Translations under genes and position numbers: made by a program
Shown here: positions 38,766 through 44,503 of the stretch, one piece after another
How the letters are laid out: each line of letters begins with the position of its first letter
Position numbering within the stretch: position 1 is the stretch's first letter
Notes under the pieces: generated by a model
What the model was told of the DNA's origin: nothing
Database searches by the model: none
What the model saw: only the letters and a program-made list of their open reading frames with translations
DNA from: an uncultured Sphingomonadales bacterium
GTDB lineage: Bacteria > Pseudomonadota > Alphaproteobacteria > Sphingomonadales > Sphingomonadaceae
Direction: 5' to 3'
Length of the DNA stretch: 44,503 bases
Assembly: GCA_903911985.1 (NCBI GenBank)
Contig: CAIWFP010000014.1
Location: 1 to 44,503 of the forward strand

Positions 38766-39688
38766 GCAAGATCATCATCACCTGCGCGGTCACCGGCGGC
38801 GCGCACACACCGACAATGTCGCCTGCCCTGCCGGTAACGCCGCAGGATATCGCCGATCAGGCCATTGCGGCCGCCGAGGCCGGCGCGGCAATCCTGCATC
38901 TGCACGCGCGCGTGCCGGAAACTGGCGCGCCGACCGGCGATCCTGATATCTATGCACGGTTCTTGCCGGTCATCCGCCAGCGCACCGATGCCGTGGTCAA
39001 CATCACCACCGGAGGATCGGCAACGATGCCGATGGCCGATCGCCTGGCGGCGGCCAAACGCTTTCGCCCGGAAATGTGTTCGCTCAACATGGGGTCGATG
39101 AACTTTGCGTTCTTTCCGGCAGCGCAGCGGATCACCACGTGGAAACACGACTGGGAACAGGCCTATGTGGTCAATTCCGACGACTATATCTTCCGCAACA
39201 CCTTTCGCGATATCGCGTATATCCTGGAAACGCTGGGCGATGCCGGCACCCGGTTCGAACACGAATGCTATGACCTGAGCCACTTGTACAATCTGGCGCA
39301 TTTCGTCGATCGTGGCTTGGTCAAGCCACCGTTCTTCATCCAGATGATCTTCGGCATTCTGGGCGGTATCGGCCCTGATCTTGAAAATCTGATGTTCATG
39401 AAATCGACCGCCGACCGGCTGTTTGGCCGCGATTCATTTCAATGGTCGGTTCTCGCCGCCGGCCGGCACCAGATGCCGTTCCTGACCCAGGCCGCGCTGA
39501 TGGGTGGCCATGTGCGCGTGGGTCTGGAAGACAGCCTGTTCATCGCGCGCGGCGAGCTCGCCACATCGAATGCCCAACAGGTGGAAAAGATCGTGCGCAT
39601 CATTCGTGATATGGGCCACGAACCGGCCACACCCGCCGAGGCGCGCGCAATGCTGAACCTGAAGGGCAACGATCGGGTGGAGTTCTAG
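38762..39688 (+). CDS. Beta-keto acid cleavage enzyme (BKACE/DUF849)
   Basis: KIIITCAVTG, AGAAILHLHAR, PEMCSLNMGS, EHECYD and GGHVRVGLED. Confidence 0.93.
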   Translation: MSKIIITCAVTGGAHTPTMSPALPVTPQDIADQAIAAAEAGAAILHLHARVPETGAPTGDPDIYARFLPVIRQRTDAVVNITTGGSATMPMADRLAAAKRFRPEMCSLNMGSMNFAFFPAAQRITTWKHDWEQAYVVNSDDYIFRNTFRDIAYILETLGDAGTRFEHECYDLSHLYNLAHFVDRGLVKPPFFIQMIFGILGGIGPDLENLMFMKSTADRLFGRDSFQWSVLAAGRHQMPFLTQAALMGGHVRVGLEDSLFIARGELATSNAQQVEKIVRIIRDMGHEPATPAEARAMLNLKGNDRVEF

Positions 39689-39690
39689 CC

Positions 39691-40467
39691 ATGGCACGCA
39701 CGATCATCGATCTGTCGATCTATCTGGAAAATGACGTCATTTCCGATCCGCCGCCCTATCGACCGAAAATCACCTACGTCGATCACCGCACGTCGGTGCC
39801 CGATCTGATCGGATTTTTTCCCGGATTGACCGAGGGCGATCTACCCGATGGCGAAGCCTGGGCGATCGAAAAGGTGGAACTGATCACCCACAACGGCACG
39901 CATCTCGACGCGCCGTATCATTTTGCTTCGACCATGAACAAGGGCGAGCGCGCGATCACCATCGATGAAGTGGCGCTGGACTGGTGCTTTCAACCCGGTG
40001 TGAAGCTGGACTTCACACGGTTTGCCGATGGCTACGTGGTGACCGCCGATGACGTCGCGGCAGAGCTTGCGCGCATTGGTCACACGCTGTCACCGCTGGA
40101 AATCGTCGTGGTCAACACCGCCGCCGGCAAACGCTATGGGCAGGACGACTATGTCACGGCCGGGTGCGGCATGGGCTATGAAGCCACGATGTACCTGCTC
40201 GAACGCGGCGTGCGGTTGACCGGAACCGACGGATGGAGCTGGGATGCGCCATTCGTCCACACCCGCGAACGCTATGAAGCGACCGGCAATGCCGGGCTGA
40301 TCTGGGAAGGCCACAAGGCCGGGCGAGACATCGGCTATTGCCACCTGGAAAAGCTGCACAATCTGGAAGTGCTGCCCCCCACCGGCTTTCTGGTGTCGTG
40401 CTTTCCCATGAAGATCCGCGCTGCCTCAGCAGGATGGACGCGCGCGGTCGCCATCCTCGACACCTGA
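39691..40467 (+). CDS. Cyclase family metal-dependent hydrolase
   Basis: HNGTHLDAPYHF, GTDGWSWDAP, EKLHNL and ASAGWTRAVA. Confidence 0.9.
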   Translation: MARTIIDLSIYLENDVISDPPPYRPKITYVDHRTSVPDLIGFFPGLTEGDLPDGEAWAIEKVELITHNGTHLDAPYHFASTMNKGERAITIDEVALDWCFQPGVKLDFTRFADGYVVTADDVAAELARIGHTLSPLEIVVVNTAAGKRYGQDDYVTAGCGMGYEATMYLLERGVRLTGTDGWSWDAPFVHTRERYEATGNAGLIWEGHKAGRDIGYCHLEKLHNLEVLPPTGFLVSCFPMKIRAASAGWTRAVAILDT

Positions 40468-40548
40468 TTTGCGGCATACGTCGGCGGCAGCACGGGCGTC
40501 GCCGATCCATTTGAAGTCCTTTGAGCGCCTGAAATCGGAGCTGGTTTA

Positions 40549-41727
40549 ATGAAAGACATATTCATCGTTTCGGGCGCTCGTACCGCGATCGGCACGTTTG
40601 GCGGCGGCCTAGCCTCATTGCGCCCGGCTGAACTTGCCACCATCGTCATCCGCGAAGCGATGGCGCGGGCCGGTCTGGCCCCGGACATGATCGAAAATGT
40701 GGTGATCGGCACGGTTGTCCCGACCCAACCCAAGGATGCCTATATCAGCCGGGTGGCGGCGGTTAACGCCGGCATCCCCATCGAAACACCAGCGATGAAC
40801 GTCAACCGACTGTGCGGATCAGGGCTGCAGGCGATCATCTCTGCGGCACAGGGAATAGCGCTTGGCGAACAGGCGATCGCCATCGGCGGGGGCGCCGAAA
40901 GCATGTCGAACGCGCCACACATGGTCCTGACAGCGCGCAACGGGCAGCGCATGGGCGATCAGGTGATGATGGACGTCATGCTGGGGGCGTTGCATGACCC
41001 GTTCGAAAATTTCCATATGGGCATAACCGCCGAAAATGTGGCCGAACGCTGCGACATTTCGCGTGAAATGCAGGACGCGCTGGCAGTCGAAAGCCATCGC
41101 CGGGCCTATGCGGCGATCACCAGCGGCTATTTCAGCGAGCAGATCGTCGCGTGCGAGATCTCGACACGCAAGGGCGTGACGGTGTTCGATACCGATGAGC
41201 ATGTTCGCCCTGACGCAAGTCTCGATGCCATGGCCGCGCTGAAGCCGGTGTTCAAAAAGGGCGGGACGGTTACCGCCGGCAACGCCAGCGGCATCAACGA
41301 CGGCGCTGCAGCGGTTGTCCTGGCCAGCGGCGAAGCCATTGCGCGGCACGGGTTGCGCCCGCTCGCGCGAATTCTGGGTTGGGGTCATGCCGGGGTTGAA
41401 CCCCAGGTTATGGGCCTGGGCCCGGTCAAGGCGGTGCCGATTGCACTGGCCAGAGCCGGACTGACGCTCGACCAGATCGATGTCATCGAATCCAATGAGG
41501 CCTTTGCGGCGCAAGCCTGCGGCGTTGCCCAGCAGCTCGGCTTTGATCCGGTCAAAACCAATCCCAATGGATCAGGCATTTCACTGGGCCACCCGATCGG
41601 CGCTACCGGAGCGATCCTGACGATCAAGGCCGCATACGAATTGCGCCGAACAGGCGCCCGCTATGGCCTGGTTACGATGTGCATCGGTGGCGGCCAGGGC
41701 ATCGCCATGGTCATTGAACGGGCATGA
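40549..41727 (+). CDS. bktB: Acetyl-CoA C-acyltransferase (beta-ketothiolase, BktB-like)
   Basis: RTAIGTFGG, NRLCGSGLQA, NEAFAAQA, NPNGSGISLGHPIGATG and MCIGGGQG. Closely resembles my recollection of Cupriavidus BktB. Confidence 0.85.
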   Translation: MKDIFIVSGARTAIGTFGGGLASLRPAELATIVIREAMARAGLAPDMIENVVIGTVVPTQPKDAYISRVAAVNAGIPIETPAMNVNRLCGSGLQAIISAAQGIALGEQAIAIGGGAESMSNAPHMVLTARNGQRMGDQVMMDVMLGALHDPFENFHMGITAENVAERCDISREMQDALAVESHRRAYAAITSGYFSEQIVACEISTRKGVTVFDTDEHVRPDASLDAMAALKPVFKKGGTVTAGNASGINDGAAAVVLASGEAIARHGLRPLARILGWGHAGVEPQVMGLGPVKAVPIALARAGLTLDQIDVIESNEAFAAQACGVAQQLGFDPVKTNPNGSGISLGHPIGATGAILTIKAAYELRRTGARYGLVTMCIGGGQGIAMVIERA

Positions 41728-41917
41728 ACCCCGCGATGCCAGACTATGCCGCAGCACCGTGCGACGCAGTCAGGTTGCGTGCGCCACACAACAAACTTGC
41801 TTTTGACTGTTTCACGCCGCCGCAAACAACATGCGCGCCGCATCCCTAATCCACTCCCAATGGGCAAGCTTGTCCATCAAGCCCTTCGGAATCCGTCCGG
41901 CACCATAGAGCGCCCCC

Positions 41918-42012
41918 GCCTCCTGCTTGAACTCCTCCGAATGCTTCATCATCTCGTCGGTCTCCTGTTGCGAGCCTAAAACGCTCTGGTGACCGGGCCA
42001 AAACCGTTTACA
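41918..42012 (-). mobile_element. IS3-family left end and truncated OrfA
   Basis: Minus strand begins TGTAAACGGTTTTGGCCCGGTC (TG terminus), then an AGGAG RBS and MMKHSEEFKQEA, typical of IS3 OrfA starts. Similarity is lost after that. Confidence 0.6.
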
Positions 42013-42209
42013 AGTCCAAGAAAGCATTTGAGGTCAGCGGTGATCGCTGTCTTGGTGGCTGGCGCCATAACCGCTACCGCCGCTTCGAGAGCGAGCGCGT
42101 TCGCACTGCGCGTGTCGAGCAGCGCGCCAAAGCGACGCAGTACCAGATCAACCGAGGACGGGAACGGCTGATCCTCAGGTCCGAGCATGTCGTTTTCGGG
42201 TGATTTCAT
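42013..42209 (-). pseudogene. Possible tyrosine recombinase N-terminal fragment truncated by the IS end
   Basis: MKSPEND...ALEAAVAVMAPATKTAITADLKCFL resembles the start of a Cre-like SAM domain. The frame runs directly into the IS terminus. Confidence 0.4.
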
Positions 42210-42430
42210 GGGGCGATTCTGGGCAAAAACGGCCCTTTCGGCAAGCATGGATTTACCATAATGTCCGACTATGGAAACACGCGCAGAGGTGGAGCGGCGA
42301 CGCAGATAGCCAAACGCAATGGCACCAAATGGAATGGAGCAGTGGTCGAGTTTCGCCAAAATCGCTCTCAAAAACGGCTCCTAGAATCGGTTGGCCGCAT
42401 ATCCGGAGCTCCTCGTCGCAGGACCTAAAT

Positions 42431-42669
42431 TGGGGGTATCTTTGGGGGTACCGAGAGGGGGTATCGGATTTTTAGCTATATAAATCCGTTATTTATTGGA
42501 ATTTCAAAATCCCTCCTCCGCTACTTTACCGCATCCAAACAATGTACAACTAAGGCCACTGAAATCCGACATCGTCTTTCTTTATTTAGTAAAAAAGCGT
42601 GCTGACGTACAGAAATTGCTGAGTGTGTCCACGTGCAGCCAGGCGGGCTTAGGGGGTATTTTGGGGGTA
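42431..42669 (+). repeat. GGGGGTA direct repeats (integrase arm-type sites)
   Basis: TGGGGGTA 42431, TGGGGGTA 42443, AGGGGGTA 42456, AGGGGGTA 42651 and TGGGGGTA 42662 in AT-rich DNA. Confidence 0.6.
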
Positions 42670-42935
42670 TTGATATTGTCGGCGCTCTGATCTCGTATGA
42701 TCACAACGCAACTAATAGAATATCTGAACGGGGTGAATTTCCAGCCTGTCGCCGATTGCGGAATTGACCCACCGAGCAAAAATGTCCAGCTTGAACCACT
42801 CATCGCAAAAAGGCTTCATTTGGACGCACAATGGAACCGAACCGCGTTTAAATTCCGTTGTGATGGTATTTTTGATGGATATCCCAACATCAAGCGGTGA
42901 ATAAAATATTATATTTCAACTTATTACAAACGCAT

Positions 42936-42957
42936 TTCGATTCCGTCCCCGGCACCA
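42936..42957 (+). mobile_element. Degenerate tRNA 3' end, probable attR of a genomic island
   Basis: TTCGATTCCGTCCCCGGCACCA = T-loop, T-stem, acceptor strand (1 nt short) and ACCA. No 5' tRNA half upstream. Sharp AT-to-GC switch at this point. Confidence 0.7.
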
Positions 42958-42995
42958 CTTCCCTGATCACCAGCAACCGCTGAAACTTGTCGCCA

Positions 42996-43055
42996 CAATG
43001 CCGGGCTTGCCAATACCGATCTGGCCAATGCCGATCTGGCCAATGCCGGGCTTGC
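42996..43055 (+). repeat. 15-bp tandem repeat x4 (A-B-B-A)
   Basis: CAATGCCGGGCTTGC, CAATACCGATCTGGC, CAATGCCGATCTGGC, CAATGCCGGGCTTGC. Confidence 0.8.
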
Positions 43056-43109
43056 CAAGCCGGTGGCAATGTTGTCCCCTCCGCCCGCAACAGCGATGGC
43101 GGAAGAAAC

Positions 43110-43817
43110 ATGGCACCCAGCCCGGATCACATCAGCGCCGAACACCACAGCCGGACCATCTCGGTGCCGCGCGGGTCCAGCCTGTTTTTCCCGGGCGACA
43201 GCTGCTCGGGCTTTGTCGTGGTGCATGCCGGCACCATCGTGGTCACCCTCACCGCCGAGAACGGTCGCGAGATTGTCCTCTACCGGGTCGGCCCGGGCAA
43301 CATCTGCCTGCAAACCTTCGGCTGTCTGGTCAATGGCGGCACCTACAGCGCGCAAGGGTCGGCCGAAACGGACCTGACAATCGAGATGATTCCCGCCGGT
43401 GATTTCGAGGCCCGCATGGCGGGTGATCCCCTGTTTCGCCGGGATCTGCTGGTGGCGGTGGCCTCGCGCTTTGGCGATCTGGAGCGGCTGGTGGCTGATG
43501 TCGCCCTGTCCAGCATCGCGCTGCGCCTCGCCCGCGCCCTGCTCCGGCTGGCCGACGGGCAGAGGGCGGACGGGCAGGGCGCGGACGGACGGCTGGCGGA
43601 CGGACGGCTGGTCGACGGACTGGGGGCCGACGGACAGTGGGGGGTCAACACCACCCACGAGGCACTGGCGAGCGAGATCGGCTCCGCACGCGAGGTGGTC
43701 AGCCGGCATCTGGCCCTGATGGCGCGCGACGGGCTGATCGAGACGACACGTGGCCACATCGCCCTGCTGGACGTTCAGGCCCTGCGCGCGCTGGCCCAGG
43801 AGGCGGCTCCGGCCTGA
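43110..43817 (+). CDS. Crp/Fnr family transcriptional regulator
   Basis: LFFPGDSC, ENGREIVLYRVGPGNIC, HTH THEALASEIGSAREVVSRHL and RGHIALLD. Confidence 0.88.
   Translation: MAPSPDHISAEHHSRTISVPRGSSLFFPGDSCSGFVVVHAGTIVVTLTAENGREIVLYRVGPGNICLQTFGCLVNGGTYSAQGSAETDLTIEMIPAGDFEARMAGDPLFRRDLLVAVASRFGDLERLVADVALSSIALRLARALLRLADGQRADGQGADGRLADGRLVDGLGADGQWGVNTTHEALASEIGSAREVVSRHLALMARDGLIETTRGHIALLDVQALRALAQEAAPA
43551..43640 (+). repeat. In-frame 15-bp tandem repeat x6 within Crp/Fnr gene
   Basis: Encodes ADGQR-ADGQG-ADGRL-ADGRL-VDGLG-ADGQW. Confidence 0.8.
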
Positions 43818-43865
43818 CCCTCTCCCCGCCTGTCTTTCTCGCCGCCCGGGCATTTTTGCCGCCGC

Positions 43866-43878
43866 GTGACTATGTCAC
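43866..43878. promoter_or_regulatory. GTGAC-N3-GTCAC palindrome, candidate site for the adjacent Crp/Fnr
   Basis: GTGACTATGTCAC about 57 nt upstream of the DUF2892 start, with Crp-like half-sites. Confidence 0.45.
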
Positions 43879-43935
43879 AGACATAGGCCCCATGCGGGCG
43901 CAAAGCGGTTGCACCCCATCAGGAGGAGAACAACA

Positions 43936-44127
43936 ATGACTCGCAATGAAGGCACTTTCGACCGCGTGGCGCGCGTAATTCTGGGCGTGGTTCTGCTCGC
44001 GCTGGTGTTTGTTGGCCCGCACACGCCCTGGGGCTGGGTGGGTCTGGTGCCGCTGGTCACCGGGCTGGTGGGCATGTGCCCGCTCTATTCCCTTCTCGGC
44101 ATCCGCACCTGCGGGGTGAAACGATAG
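43936..44127 (+). CDS. DUF2892 (YgaP-like) inner membrane protein
   Basis: [17 protein letters not shown]...[33 protein letters not shown]. Confidence 0.9.
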   Translation: MTRNEGTFDRVARVILGVVLLALVFVGPHTPWGWVGLVPLVTGLVGMCPLYSLLGIRTCGVKR

Positions 44128-44186
44128 AGCAACCCTTCGCCCCGCACGGCCCTGTGGCTAATCCGCCGGGGCATGCGGGGCACAGG

Positions 44187-44215
44187 TTGAAGGCGCGCGC
44201 GGTTGCGCCTATAGG
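44187..44215 (+). promoter_or_regulatory. sigma70-like promoter upstream of purC
   Basis: TTGAAG-N17-TATAGG. Confidence 0.45.
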
Positions 44216-44378
44216 CACAAACAGGCCCCGGCCCGGCGGAGCAGTCTCTCACAGGCTGCACCCGTCTGCCGGGGCTTGTCGTTTCCGCCTTATGGGCGCC
44301 TTTGGCTTTGCCGGGCGCGGGCGGGAAGGACCGCCTGCACCACCCCGGCCCCTTCGGCCAGAATCTGAGGATTTGCCC

Positions 44379-44503
44379 ATGTCCCGTCGCCGCCAGATCT
44401 ACGAAGGCAAGGCCAAGATCCTCTATGAGGGCCCCGAGCCTGGCACCATCATCCAGTATTTCAAGGATGACGCGACCGCCTTCAACGCCCAGAAAAAGGG
44501 CAC
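44379..44503 (+). CDS. purC: SAICAR synthetase, 5' part (runs off window)
   Basis: [41 protein letters not shown] is the canonical PurC N-terminus. GAGG RBS. Confidence 0.95.
   Translation, partial: MSRRRQIYEGKAKILYEGPEPGTIIQYFKDDATAFNAQKKG

Noticed and set aside
41780-41812. GTGCG-initiated segment as a group II intron 5' end
   Set aside because: No domain V or reverse transcriptase ORF nearby. A 5-nt match is expected by chance.
42496-42900. Short ORFs in the AT-rich island end
   Set aside because: No motifs or convincing RBS, and they overlap the arm repeats. Probably non-coding or decayed.
42936-42957. Possible intact tRNA gene
   Set aside because: Only the T-loop and 3' end are present. 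The upstream AT-rich DNA cannot form the D, anticodon or acceptor 5' arms.
42996-43055. Possible CRISPR array
   Set aside because: Contiguous 15-bp units with no unique spacers and no cas genes.

Overview
GC-rich alphaproteobacterial DNA, probably a sphingomonad (inferred from the TonB receptor plus PQQ quinohemoprotein and the purC flank). Bases 1-41,727 form a dense catabolic cluster of about 36 genes: four Baeyer-Villiger monooxygenases (BVMOs), one FMO, two family IV esterases, three acyl-CoA ligases, two CoA transferases, a MaoC/MaoC/DUF35/thiolase-fold module, an ACAD10/LvaA-like kinase module, a full beta-oxidation set, BKACE, two cyclase-family hydrolases, three SDRs, an aldehyde dehydrogenase, a quinohemoprotein alcohol dehydrogenase, a TonB-dependent receptor and two KstR2-like TetR regulators. 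Two palindromes recur upstream of the transcription units (TCAAC-N6-GTTGA and ATACC-N4-GGTAT), suggesting a two-repressor regulon that converges on the TonB receptor promoter. The cluster ends in mobile-element debris (IS3 end, truncated recombinase-like ORF), GGGGGTA arm-type repeats and a degenerate tRNA 3' end at 42,936-42,957, which is a probable attR. Apparent core chromosome follows (Crp/Fnr regulator, DUF2892 protein, 5' end of purC). The substrate cannot be determined from sequence alone. All family assignments come from motif recognition, not database searches.
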